From: Phallusia mammillata
Lineage: Eukaryota
Direction of reading: 5' to 3'
Assembly: GCA_965637545.1 (NCBI GenBank)
Contig: OZ281496.1
Location: forward strand, 26,040,001-26,104,000
DNA: 64,000 nt
Both the position numbers and the translations under genes were made by a program. Of the stretch, positions 12,601 through 26,100 are shown in pieces. Below the pieces are notes generated by a model. It ran no database searches. It was not told where the DNA came from and saw nothing but the letters and a program-made list of their open reading frames with translations. Position 1 is the first letter of the stretch. Every line of letters starts with the position of its first letter.

Positions 12601-14823
12601 CTCTCGGCATTGCCTTTGCTTGCATATGAACTGTTATCTGATAGCTAATGCAGGCGAGTTAAGAATGTTAAAGTACCGATTCTGATTAAAGGCAAAAATA
12701 TAAATGTGACTGAGTTTACCTCCTTCGCATGTCTTTGTGCACTCCGACCAGGCACCAAATTCTCCCCACTCGCAATCCACAGGGCAACAAATATCATTGC
12801 AGCTCCTTAGAACATCAATTGGCCGTTTATCAGTTTGCTGTATTCTCATGTGTAAAATGCCAATATCACCTTCAAGCTAATATACTTGCTTAGGGATGTT
12901 TATACTACAGCAAGTTTAATTCAACAAGGGCAGTGTATTACTATAAAACGCATTAACTAGACAATTTAAAGCGCCTAATGTGCAATTGCCGTGTTTCAAT
13001 AGCAGAACCTTGGCACATTGCTCCTCCAAATCCATTTTGGACCACAATATATCTGCGTCGGGTTCTAATGCCTCCACCACAAGTGACGTCACATTGGTCC
13101 CAGGGGCTCCAATGACCCCATACGCAATCTATGGGACATCGCTTTACGAGGCATCTTTTAAATGCAACATTATAACCGTGACAGGGTGAACCTCCGCAGC
13201 TTGAGGCACGTCTGTTTCCTCTGGTCCTGTTTTGAAGTCCCACACCACATGAAGCAGAGCAAGTTCCCCAAGATCCCCAAGATGCCCAAAAGCAATCAAC
13301 TGAAAAAAACATTTTGAGTTATGTTTATACACCGGGGTGACTTGCTGGTTCCGGTACGGTCAAGCTTGGTTTCACCGAGAGTGTGACAAACCATGAGTTA
13401 TCAAACTTTGGTGAGCAATACAATATGCGGTGTACGAAACAAGAAATATGGGTACACCGATTCTTATATTTGAATCATAAAAACACAAACGTTGTCGCTT
13501 TAATGCTCTGATATAGGCTACTATTGCCGTTACATAATCTGAAAAATAACTATCTAACCTACATAAACAAAACTTTTTAACACGCAAAATAATTTGTGAT
13601 TACATACATTTAACGACCGTCACCTGAACAAACGTTTAACCATTTATTTCTTGTTGCTTGCCATAAGTGATCTGGTCGGAGGTTTGCTTTGTTGTAGCCT
13701 ATTTACTTCAACTTCCAGCAGTTTTGTTTCTGTAACGATCTATTCCAGCACACTTGACTTTATTACCTGGACAACAACGTTGATAGCAGTTCCGTTCCTC
13801 TGGTAAGTTGCAACTTCCACAAGATCCCTCCTGCACAGTGACATAGGGGGACTGATACCCTTCACCACAAGCCTGAGAGCAATCACCCCATTCCCATTGA
13901 CAGGGTGAAGAGTCGCACGGTCTGCAAGGTTATACATAGTATTGATTAGAATATTTAAGTTACAAAAAGATTTTTCAAAACCATCTGCCAGCTCAAACGT
14001 TTGCATTAGCCAGTTGGGGTGAACATAAATTTACAACTGGGGTCAGCCCTGAAGCGTCGATGCAGACCATCAATCACGGCAAACTCATATATAAATCATA
14101 GCACGCCAAACCCATGGAAGGCCTTTGCCTATATCCAGAGTGGGATTCAAATTTTTGTCAACCGATTCTATCACAAAAGTCATATTTTTCAGCCGTTTCT
14201 GTTACAAAAAGTCCATTGACAGTAACCAGGAATGCTAACCGGTTCGCTGATCACATAAAATTTTGTAAGACGGTTCTATAGAATCGGTGCGAACCGGATC
14301 ATCAAGCATTTAGTGTAGGCTTGTACTTGCCTTAAAATAGAAGGAGGCCATCCAGCCAGTGCTAAATCAGGTATTTCCAAGCGTTTAAGTTTGGGCCATT
14401 TTATCGGGGGCAATGTAAAGACAGGTGGCAAAAGGTTCGGCATGATGATCTTTGGCTTAGGTAGTTTAAAACGAGGCAGTTTAAACTTTGGCAATCGAAT
14501 CCGAGGAAGCTTCAATCTGCAAAAATAAACATTTGGTAAGTACCAGATCAAATACAGATTTTACAATAGGTCCTACCAAATTCTACAACTGAATATCATA
14601 TAGGCCTAACTGATAAGTAGTGAAATAAATAACAGACTAAATTGCAAACAATTCATTTTTTAACGGAGTCTACAGGCAGAAGAACCACAATCAAAGCAAA
14701 AGAGTCGTAAGTTAGTGAAATAAAACCAAAACAAAAGACACCCACTTACTTTTTAAAACCCCAAGCATCAGTCAGTGCTGTGAAGCACAAAGTCAGAACA
14801 ACAACACAAATAAGGCGCCTCAT
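9683..14823 (-). CDS. Secreted protein, paralogue C: signal peptide + Lys/Pro-rich repeat + 6xTSP1 + EGF + cbEGF (487 aa model)
   Basis: Exons 14823-14750, 14516-14331, 13921-13767, 13299-12990, 12805-12720, 12339-12195, 11282-11152, 10747-10514, 10229-10104 (DIDECIGPEPVCTDSYTSCENTMGSFSCVCPKYMTLIGSECQ, cbEGF) and 9699-9683 (EIPPK*). Two donors are GC rather than GT (14330, 12989). Confidence 0.85.
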
Positions 14824-15266
14824 TTTCAAATTTGTATCCAAACTTCTGATAACTTAATGACTTCAATGGAGTTAAAAACTGCTTTTATACGCTTGAACCC
14901 AAATTACGTAATATTTTGATGCAGCCTGATGGAAACTTGTTTGCTGTACCATTTCCACCATGCAAAAGAATACATGATTTTCAAGTCTTCTAATTCAGGA
15001 AATGTTGGAGTTGACTTGCCAACTTGCAACACCTGAAACATTAAAAAAACATCCAGAATTCCCTTCAAACAAACCAATTTAGTTTCGAAATGCAAGCAGT
15101 TATTATTCTCTGCACCTGGTTTGCGCAGATTGCCAAACAATTCTTTTGTATCTCCATTGATTGCTCAACAATAGACTAACAAGAATATCATCAGCAACAC
15201 CGGAAGCCCTGGTATGCGACGTGGTTAAACAAGTTATTTAAAGCGACAAGAATTGCTAAGTGTATG

Positions 15267-15452
15267 CAGTAAACCTCGGTTAAACCGAATTCGTTTAATC
15301 CAGATCTTCGCATAAATCGGACAAAACTCCAGATAGGCCTACAAATAATTTGTTATGTGGTAAGGCTTGATCGACATTGGTTTATCCAGATCTTTGCCTA
15401 ATCGGGACAAACTTTTTGGTCCAAACGGGTCCAGACTAACCGAGGTTTACTA
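15267..15452. mobile_element. Tc1/mariner-like MITE
   Basis: TIRs cagtaaacctcggtta / taaccgaggtttacta. An inverted relative lies at ~33430-33608. Confidence 0.6.
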
Positions 15453-17197
15453 CGTGGTATAAAATAATTGACATCAACTTATTTTAGGCATAAGGCGTTG
15501 CTTTCAGTTCGATGAATAAGACTAACGTATACATTTGTGTATGGGTCAAATCAGGATAGTACTAAACAAAATTGTGCTAATCACACAAATGTGTTTGCCA
15601 AAACATATTTGGTGAGTACTTTGACCCTATGCCTGAGGCAATTGACCATTATGATAAGATCTAAATGTGATCAGGGTTCGTATTACAAAGGGCCATTGGT
15701 TCGAAACCAGATCAAAAAAATTAACATTGGTTTAAGAAGCTTCGACAAAACTGAAAAAGGAACCTGTTTTGAACGTAAATAATCCAGATGACTTAAGAAT
15801 ACGAACTCAAAAATAAAAGGCATATTTAAAAGGTCTGTAACGAATGTGTTTGTTAAACACAACTCCTATCGCAGTATGGTGTTTGGCCAAATAACTTAAC
15901 ACTTGCAAAAAAGAACCACATTTAAACGTTCTTGGTTCAGTGTTGTAAAAACCAACGCGCCAATACTCAATGACGACATTTTCGATTGCGCGAAAATTTC
16001 CTACACCAAAACTTGAATGGCATCACTTCTACTGCAAATGCTGTCGGAGAGCCTTATATGGAAGGGGCTAAATTGGGCGTAATTTCGCAACTGTCATGCA
16101 CATATTATTACGGGAAAAAGAAACAACATATTGCATAAGCGAAGTATGTGAGCATGGTCCATTCATAACAGTTAAAGTTCAATTATGAAAAGTCGCTTTG
16201 AAACGGTGGGATTCCGCATCTAACAGCGAATTGACGCCAAAATTAGGAAACAATGCAACAAAGGCGAAACTCAACAATAAAGAAGGTACAATGTGACAAT
16301 ATGGTAAGTTGTAACAGCTGGATTAAACCTTTTCGCTGTTATTGGCGGTAGATTGTTTACGGTTTACATTTCATTTGTTTGTGTGAGGTAACATTTCAGA
16401 TCGCTTCTCATAGTCAAATAGTTCAAAAGCGCATCAAGTCAAATTGTTGTTGGAAACACGTTATGGCTGGAAGTACGGGCTTTGTGACTTTACCACTGTC
16501 AATCTAAAATTGAGAAGTAACATTCAGTCACACATATCTGATCCACAAAACGATCGTACTGTACACAATATAGATCAGACAAAACCAATTTGGCTTGCTT
16601 TGCTCACTTAAATTTTGTTTCACCGGTCGGGAGTCGCCTGCTTTAAAAAAAGGTCATTTCAAAGTGTACTAGATCATAAAGAAAGTTTCGGCCGCGGTAA
16701 TGATTGGCCTAAAATTTTCGTCACTGCATTTTACGCAAAAACATGATTGCTACGCTTTTCACAATAGCACTATACGAGAAAATACAGTCGACAAAAAATA
16801 CAGAACAAAACGCTTGATGACATTTTGGATGTTGCGCCATGTGTGAAAACTAGTTTAGCTACGAATGAAGAGAACCAACGAGCGTAGTGGCAGAGATACG
16901 GGAAGAACTCACATAATAAAGACTGCTACACAGTGCAGATATAATCAACTGTTTATCAAGATTAGCCAATCTTTTATCAATAGTTGGCTTTCGAGTAACC
17001 TTCATCAATGATCTATAGTGATGTTTTAAATTTAAAGACAATTTCATCAAGAACAACAAATTCATGATAGAAAAGCTCCTGTGTGCTTGTTTGGCCCCAC
17101 AAGCCTTTAAAATAGTCATCCAATCCAATTTCGCCACGTGGCGTTCAGACATGACTTCTGAAAATCTCCGCCCTAAAACGCTTATAATCTGAATATT

Positions 17198-20100
17198 TTA
17201 TTGTACTAATTCTCCATCTTCAAAGTCCATCGACGAAGCCTCGATTAGGTCCCGGTTGGCATCAAGAACTTCCCCCCAGCGACGCTCGAAGAATTCCCGC
17301 AGATCGTGCCCAGCTCTCCCGATCGCTGATTCATCCTCGTTGTATGTTCGACAGTTGTCAAAAACGGTGCGCACCTCGGCCGAAAACATCTCATGGTTTT
17401 TGTACCTTTTACATATAATCGATATTTAAGTTTGCATGAAAATGGCCTTAGTCGGGTTTCGATATAAACCATACAGTACATCGAAGGTTCAACATAAGTG
17501 ATAAAAAGGTGTTGGGCTGCACAGTCTTAGCACGACCGATAACTACCACTTACGATGCTGGTTGAGATTTTTTTTGCCACACGTTTTTGTAACTAATCAA
17601 AGGCTATACTATTTGGGTTTCAGTTCATTTCTTGATCCGTACAATTTAGCGTTGGTGTAACATTGTTTAGTTGTTATATACGATAACAATTTTCAAAACT
17701 TGTAGTATATTGGTTTTGGTTTCTTACCTTCCCTTTTTTAGGCGATTTCCTATAGTGCTGAAGTCAATTGGCTTCTTAATTATTTTCTTGTAGTCAGGAA
17801 CCTCGTTTAAATCAACAGGATAAAGAAACCAGTTGGCGGAGTCGTGCGACTGAAGTTCCCGCAACATTTCGCTACAATCGTCAATGTGTGTTATCCATAA
17901 GCAGAATGGTCATTTTTTACACAATAGCAAGCAAATCAAAAATGCAGCTGTAATTTGGACTTTACGAAAGTAACAAAGTCTTAGATAAAGAAAATGACAT
18001 TTGTTACCTGAAAACCAGGACAAAAATCAGACTTTTTATATTACGTACAGGTAGGTGTACTCTTTTTCAGATTTAACAATGTTGATATTGGAGGTATTAT
18101 TTGTTTTAGCACTTCAAACGATCTAAATGTGATTAAGGCGTTAAAATCAGACGTTCGATGTCGAATTTGTAAAAAAAATCTTAAAATTTATAGGGTTTTT
18201 TTTAACATTACTTTATTGCAAGATTTTGGTAAATTGCATTTATTATAATAATCATCTATTTTAAGTTATATTATTTACTGCACGCGTAATCATTTAGTGG
18301 CACTTAGGAGCTTACCGACAGAAAGTAGTGTGAGACTTCTTCCGTTTTGCGGCCTTGTCACCCTAAAAACATAAATTCAATGTTTAAACAGTAAATTGAT
18401 CTCTTTTCTGAGTATCCATTGTTTCTGATGTTTTACAGCTCTTTATTATATTTATTTTTCAAATTGTGTTTTCAGATACTGATGCCTGTTACTTAGGTCA
18501 GTGGTCGGCAACCGCCGGTCCGCGAGGAGTTCGTTACCGGGCCGTATCATTTTCAGGGTAAATGCTTCATTTTCCTCGTGCATCCCGGGGATGATAAACT
18601 GATTTAGGCTTTTTTTGCTAAATATTTGCTGTTTATTGAAGGCCGGTGTGTGATAAAATTTCATTTTTAGAAACGGTGCACAGTGAAAAAAAGTTTACCG
18701 ACCCCTGACTTAGGTAATATATACATATATATCTTCAAAAAACGGTGAATGACTTCAGACTTAAAGTTTCCAGCATGTTTCTACCTTATCTTTCTCCTTG
18801 TCTTTGTCCTTCTTTTTCTTGCTCTTCTTTTTCTTCTTCTTGGTCTCGACCCCTGCGTCACGTGACCCGTGTCCGCTGACGTCACTCGTGCGACTCGTTT
18901 CGTCAGCGTAGACTTCGCTGCCGAACGGCAACGTCGATCCTACGTCATCGTGGTCGTCATCAGATCGCGTGACGTCATTGAGAGTCGACGAGTCGCATTC
19001 ATCCCTAGAAAAGTGTTTGTTGGTTGTTATTTAAATTTTTAATTCAAATTTACAAAGCTCTTTTTTTATGGCCTGAAACTACAGTATGACAAAAAATCTT
19101 CGAAAAAAAGATAGTGTGTGCGTGAATTGAAAGTTATGAGGAGTATAGAACCACACTTGATAATCATACTACTTTGTAACTCACATTTAAATGCAAATGA
19201 AAGGTTATTTATATAAAAACTTTGGGGTAAAGAAGCAATACTTAGGTACACAAGACACTAAAGGAAATTGCCAGCGATGTAGATTAAAACGTACAAATAA
19301 ACGTAGATTTTATTGAACAAACATTTCGACAAAAACAATTGCCGCCATCATCAGTGAAAAATGAATAATGCACAAGCGGAAATCTTCGTTTTATTCCACA
19401 TTGCTGGCAATTTTGTTTTTAGTAAAGGAAGCAATACGCCGTTACACATACCAGTTTTGGCCAATGAAGTTGTTATGTAGCACACTCTACCTTAATTTGT
19501 CGCCAGGCTTAAATATATCGGCAGTGTCAATTGGCATTCGTGCACTCATATGGGAACTCTCGTCTATGTAAAGTGGATCAGGCGTAGGTGAGTCCACTAT
19601 TTTGGATGAGGACTTCTTCTTTTTCGGCAAACTGGCTCCACTTGACGAAGTGGTCGTGGATTTAGAAGCCGGGCGGCGCTTCTTGGTTCGCGGACTGGCA
19701 TCGGAACGGGTGGATGACTGCAATGTTATATTCACGACGCAATATTATTTTGTGTTTTTTGTGACATTGTATTAGAAGTGTTAAAACGATTTTTGTTTTT
19801 TTCGCACTTACAAGTAAACTAAAGACGCCGGAAAAATATACTTCGTAACTGTTTAACCAGTGCCGTTTTTATTATCCCTGCAAAAACCTGTGTTTACAAA
19901 CTGTGAACTCTTAGGCTCAATTTTATTAAGTTACTTTCCAAAAAAAGTCTACCAGTCAAATATTTATATCATTGGTGTTTTAACTGCATAAGTGCTTTCT
20001 CCAATATTGCGTCTAATTCTAGCTAAAAGAACTAATAACTTAAATACCTACTAGAGACATAAGGACCTAGAGAGTGTTTTGTAATCAAACTTTTGTATTT

Positions 20101-23100
20101 ACAGTAACTTACCATCGGTGTTTTTTCCCATGCAATACATGATTCGAGCATGGTAACACACATGGATAGTTGGGCAGCACTTGTGGCAGCTGATACAGCG
20201 TTTCTCCAAGTTCTTAAACCTGCCGCAACGTCGTTGACCCTGTTACAAGTTTTTGTAGTTAGAGAAGGAAAGATTTATTCAGTAACAATAATTTGTGTTT
20301 TCATATGGTATAGGAAACGCTTTGCAGAAAACGAATTGTTTACCACAGTGTGCATTCTCTTTAATGTATGACATTTCAATCATATCATACTAAACTTACA
20401 CACCAAACCTCCACTATTTTTTCCAAGTCTTACTGCTTTTACATTAGGTATTTTTACACACTTTAGGCCCGGTAGACACATTCTATCGAAACAAAGGCCA
20501 TCTTGAAAAAACTGGCCAAAAACGGTTGAACCTGCATGACAGAAATCCAACCAAGAGAGCGCTTTTCTAACTGGGATATAAGGCTTTGGTGATATACATA
20601 GCCGAAAGCTGAATGCAAAACAACAACTTATACAAGTACTACCGAGCCGACTCGACACCCACATGCTCAAATGCTTGAGTAACCACTTCACACTTCCAAA
20701 GCCAACCTACCCGGATTCTGAAAGGGACGGCAAATTGCTGAACTCTGTAGCGCCACCTTTCCGTATCAATGGTGGCTTCAAGTACAACCTTGAAAGTGCT
20801 AACTCAAGTTTTCGCACAAGTTCCACCGCTGCATGCATCACTGATCGTGGGTCATGATTGACCGGGTTTGAGCAGTCATGCTTGACGTTCGGATCGTCAT
20901 CGTGGCTGAATGGAATATGCGCAAGATCCATTCGATTCGTGCTGGCCTTTGGGGTCGTGCTCCAAGCCTTTAAGATAATTAAACATGATAAATTTAAACA
21001 AACTAACTTAGACATAAGTGATCGATGTTTGATTTTGCCTTTAGACTTGGTCGTTAAAAACTAACAAAAGTAAACGTTAGGAACAGTTTCAGAATGGGGT
21101 CTGGCCTATCTATTTCAAACTAAATCAACTGTGGTTATCATCAATGCAAAAGGTATTGGCGAAATCATAAACAGGGCGGGCATTTTTACCAACTGATAGA
21201 TCTTTTTGAAAACAAAATGCGACCAAAGATATGCTTAACCCCAGTGCGACACGATTATACACAATGTAGTCATATTGAACGTTAGCGACCTTGTTCAAAA
21301 TTCCAACAGCAACACATCTGTCAGAAAGCTCCTCGACTTGCTTTAGTGTTTCCATCTCAATTTGAAACGCGGTTTCCTCGGGAACTTCAAGAACGTCTTC
21401 CGGTTCCATGGCTATTTCGCCTAAAAGGAACACAAATTGATAAATTATATTCATCTAATCAAGTGTGTGCTAATACTTGGTTAACGCATATGGAACGCAC
21501 TTAGGAATTTTGGTCCCAAGGAAAGAAAGGCAGCAATAAGGTTTGATTCAGAAACTCAAACCTTTCCATGCTACGAAATTACTAAAAGGAGAGGCCCGTT
21601 GAAGTAAATACTGACCTTTTTTGTTAACCGACTTAGGTTGGTCAGTTTCCATGGCTGTTTCCTTTTCCTCGCCCGAGCCAATCTCATCTTTTACTGGAGG
21701 TTCAGGTTCAGGCCCATTGGCGAATTGGTATTCTATAGAATAAAGAGCAATTATTGAAACGTGTTCACTACGATGTACTCTATATAGATTTCTGTCTTTG
21801 ATTAAACTACTTTTTAAGTCCGTTTACAGTGTTCCAAAAAGCAATGTACGTTTGCGAAAGGAAAACAATTTTACATTACATAGGGAAAGGCAGAAGGATT
21901 TTACAACAAAAAACAAGTTTAAGATGGCACGGTTAACAAATCATTGTCCTCTCCAGTGTTGTAAAAACTATTGGGACTTTTTTCACGAATTTGGACTCTA
22001 CCAAACAAAAAATCCCGATCATTTTTTTTAATATAGAGGTTAATCATTTTAAATCATACGTTTACGTTTTTTGATTTACAACAACTTTGTAGAGCTTTTC
22101 TGACAATTATATTTTTGTACCAACGTTTCGACGTCCGATACATTTCGCCCTAATCAGGGTCCGATACATTTCGCCCTAATAACATCAAATGCGAATAGTA
22201 CAGTGTACGATAAACAAAGGGGAAAAAACCTCGCTGCCGAAAAGTTGCAGTACCCACCGGCTGCTCATCAAATGCTCTATTTGGATGTGAAAAAAAGTTT
22301 AAGAAAAAGTTTAACAGACAGAAAAAATTACCGGGTCTTTTAGCCACCAACATTGCATCAGTACAAAAACTACGGTGTTTTGCGATGGAACGGCTCAAAT
22401 GTTTTTCACGTATTCCTCGCGAGTGCAAATTCTCTGTTAAATTGTCGAGAAGTTTTTCGTCTCGTATCTTCCACCACCCGTACTTTGTTTCTGAAAGATT
22501 GAAAAGCTGTTTTAGTGATTTAAAACCCTATTAAGACTAAAGCAGTGGTTCTTAACTTGTGAGCAATTACCTTCAACGGAGTAATATGACATTTTTTAAA
22601 TGAATTTTTTTAATCTCGTGACATCATTATTTTGTAACGTCATTGCTGATAATTCACTAACTGATTCTGTTACTTTGAAAATATTTTCCATTTTCAGTTA
22701 TTTATTTTCATAAACAGTGATCGTCAATGACCATTTTTGGGAGGGATTGGCCGAGTCGAGTCAGAATCCGAGTACTCGGTATCGAGCATTAAGGTGAGAT
22801 TAAGGTGAACAGAAAGTATGCAGTTTTGGCCCATCCCTATTGACCATGCTCTATGTTGGAGGATCTGATACTGTACACTGTACAGTATAATCACTCTCAG
22901 TGCTGATTATTATAGTTTTTTTAAGGGTAATGTATATCTGGTTGCTTTCATGGAAAAACAATATTAAAAAGGTAAAGAACACGTCTTCATTAAACAATCT
23001 ATTGTATAATAATTTATAAAAGGAAAAATGTGTGGAAACGCCTATGTGGGGCTTTAACCATTCCAATATATTTTCCTAAACAAGGTCACGATCAAAGTCG

Positions 23101-26100
23101 CCACAAACCTCTTGGAATAGGCTTGGCAACGTCGTATTGATCCTCTGTCTTCCACCTAAGTCCCATCTCAAAGTTTTCCTCGCTTCCAAACTCTTGCTTT
23201 ACAGCCGCCATTAGTTCTGAGTTAGCGACATCGCCCTTGTAAATCATAAAGTTGTCAAAAACACCGGGCGGTAAACCCCCAAAAGCGAGAGCGGCTTGCG
23301 CAGGGTGAATGGAACTGATGTGGCCACTGGTTACAGACGCCGGTGAAGCTGTTTCGGACCGTTGAGGAGCTGAGGGCCGGGAAAGGTCAATTGGGGCGTT
23401 TTGAAGGTTTTCGTCGATGTTTTCCGTCTGGGACAAATAAAGGTAGAAATTTGTTAGTAGAATTTTAAATTTGCACATCAGGGGCCTTTGCTGATGGATT
23501 AAAAAGTAAATTGTGACAAAACGTTGTCGATTACAACTTCTAGTGCGAAAAAAATGGTGACAAACCACAAAAGAATTGAGACAACTTTTCACCCATGCAT
23601 GCAAGGTTGATACCAAACAGATACTATCCCATATTAATTATCAACAATAGTTTCAAATTGATCTAAATAAAACTGCCAGAATGCTTGTGAACAGTGAACA
23701 CATTTTATCGCAGATGTAAGCAGAGTTTTGATGAGAACCACAGTGGTTGTTGAAAAGTCTACAATAAAAACCCATCAACTATACCCAAAATAGTTTTCCC
23801 TCATATCAACTAACATATAGAACTCGAAACTTCAGGATGTTACAATACTTACAGTTGTTTTTTCGGTGCGATCGGCGTTTAGCAGTTGAGGCGAGTCCAC
23901 TGCGTTGGGCCTGGTGAAGTTAAATACAGCATCAAGCTGACCGTCGGCGTTTGGGGCAGAAATGCGAGTCAAAGCCTAGAAAAAACACAATATATGGTTG
24001 TCGGACTTGTGACATAGCGCGTTGCTCTTCAACCTAAATAAACAGTGAACCCAAGGGCACACCAAAACAGTCAGAATTCATAAGATCGCAGCATCAGTTA
24101 TACATGACAGATGAGAGAAAGAATGGTTATAGCGTGGGTCATTTCTGATAATCATTTGTTTAGCCTAGCATTACTTTTATTGTGTTATTGTGTAGATAGT
24201 GGACGGTGCTAATCATGATGTAACACATACGTGATGTAACAAAATTAATCTTTGTATAACTAGAAGAGTGGCTTTCTGATATACTTCCATTTTATATATT
24301 CTATACGATATTTACCAATTTACTATACACATCATTTGATCTACACATATGATTGTTTTTGTAAACAAAAACTAATGGGTCCCCACACGCATGTTTGTGC
24401 GGATTTACGGTAAACAAATGTTGCGGTGATTTTTACATTCTTAAGGACAAATTTTTAGAAAGCATTAACCCAACAATAAAAAAAATTGTTCGTATTCTTT
24501 TTGCACTATTCATGTAATTACAAAAACATTAAAAAAACGTAACAAAGACTTAAATCTAATCTCTTGCTTTAACCCAGATATAGTCCTCCAAGGTCGGGCA
24601 ATTTTTTTTAGAAAGCTGTAACAGTTGTGTTACAGACACTTTAAATTAAAAAGCGATTTGCTACAAGTGTATACATAACAAATTGTTTTTCATTTAACTT
24701 TGTTTCGCAAAATGAGTACCATTGACCTGTAGTAACCTCTCAGGGTGCACACGCCAAACGACTGTTTGACCTTTTGACACCGTTTTCAATAGCACGCCGT
24801 CATTCGTGTGCAACAATACTGTTAAGCCTAATTTATACATGCCTTGAGTATTGACTCCTAAATTGATTGTTAAAAAAACGCTACGTTATGAAGAAAGTTC
24901 TGAGCTGTGTTTGTAATACCGACTAGTTGACCTTAAGTAACCCGTGATCATGCGGCGGCCAACCTGACAGCGAGCATTTAAAAAAACATTTATTTGGCAA
25001 AAAAGTCAAGTTAATTTTTTCATCTTAACTTTTATTAACAAAGTTTTTCTTGACATATACAAAACCGAAGCACGGTTATTAGGCTTAAATCACGTCATAG
25101 GTGTAAAACCTTCGCCAAAACTAAAAATGTGAGTGATAACTTAATAAAACGACATAGCATTGCTGTGCAAAACAGCTGATTTCTAATCACTGAAACGATG
25201 TCTCGTAAAACGTCTGTCCGACGTCAAGCTGAGCCCTCCCGCTATCGTAAACCAGTGAGTTACTCTCTTGGTACTTCTGCCTACAGTGTCTTTCTTGACC
25301 AAACGAGCGTTAGACACATTTACGTTTCGGGGGCCTGCGGGTGAATCTCTGGGTCATACGGGGTCAAAATTCACATGGACCATCTTTAGACCAATATCTG
25401 TAATGTGTATAAAATTGAAAAAGTTTGAACCATTCTTTCTTGACCAAAACGTGGGAACAATAGCCGTGCTAAAAATTTCACGTTTTGGGGTGCTGTGGGT
25501 GAACCGAGGGATCAAACGGGGTCAAAATTCACATGGACCATCTTTAGACCAATACCTATTATGTGTGTCAATTTGAAAAAGTTTGAACCATTCTTTCTTG
25601 ACCAAAACGTGGGAACAAATCCGCGCTAAATATTTCACGTTTTGGGGGGCTGTGGGTGAACCGAGGGTTCAAACGGGGTCAAAATTCACATGGACCATCT
25701 TTAGACCAATATCTGTAATATGTGTAAATTTGAAAAAGTTTGAACCATTCTTTCTTGACCAAAACGTGGGAACAAATCTGCGTTAGAAAGAAAAAAAGAA
25801 AAAAGAAAAAAGAAAAAAAGAAAAAAGAAAAAAAAATATAGACAAAAACAATATGTGTCCCCTTCAGGGAAGGGGACCCATAATTAACATAGTACGTTCA
25901 AAATTTGGTCTTTGAAACCGGTATGTGTATATGACAGAATTTAAAGCTAAATGCATGATTTTGTTTTTTGTTGTAACGTTTCTTTTCTAATCCTTTGTTC
26001 AGCTGAATTTGGAGAAGAAGCACCAGTCTTCATTTTTTAAGCGCGATTTCACAGTAAGACTCTACAATTTTGATCATTGGTGCTAAAAGCCTGATATAAC

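Noticed and set aside
25291-25790. ~157-bp tandem units as a CRISPR-like array
   Set aside because: Eukaryotic context, no unique spacers and no cas genes. It is a satellite inside a transposon-like element.
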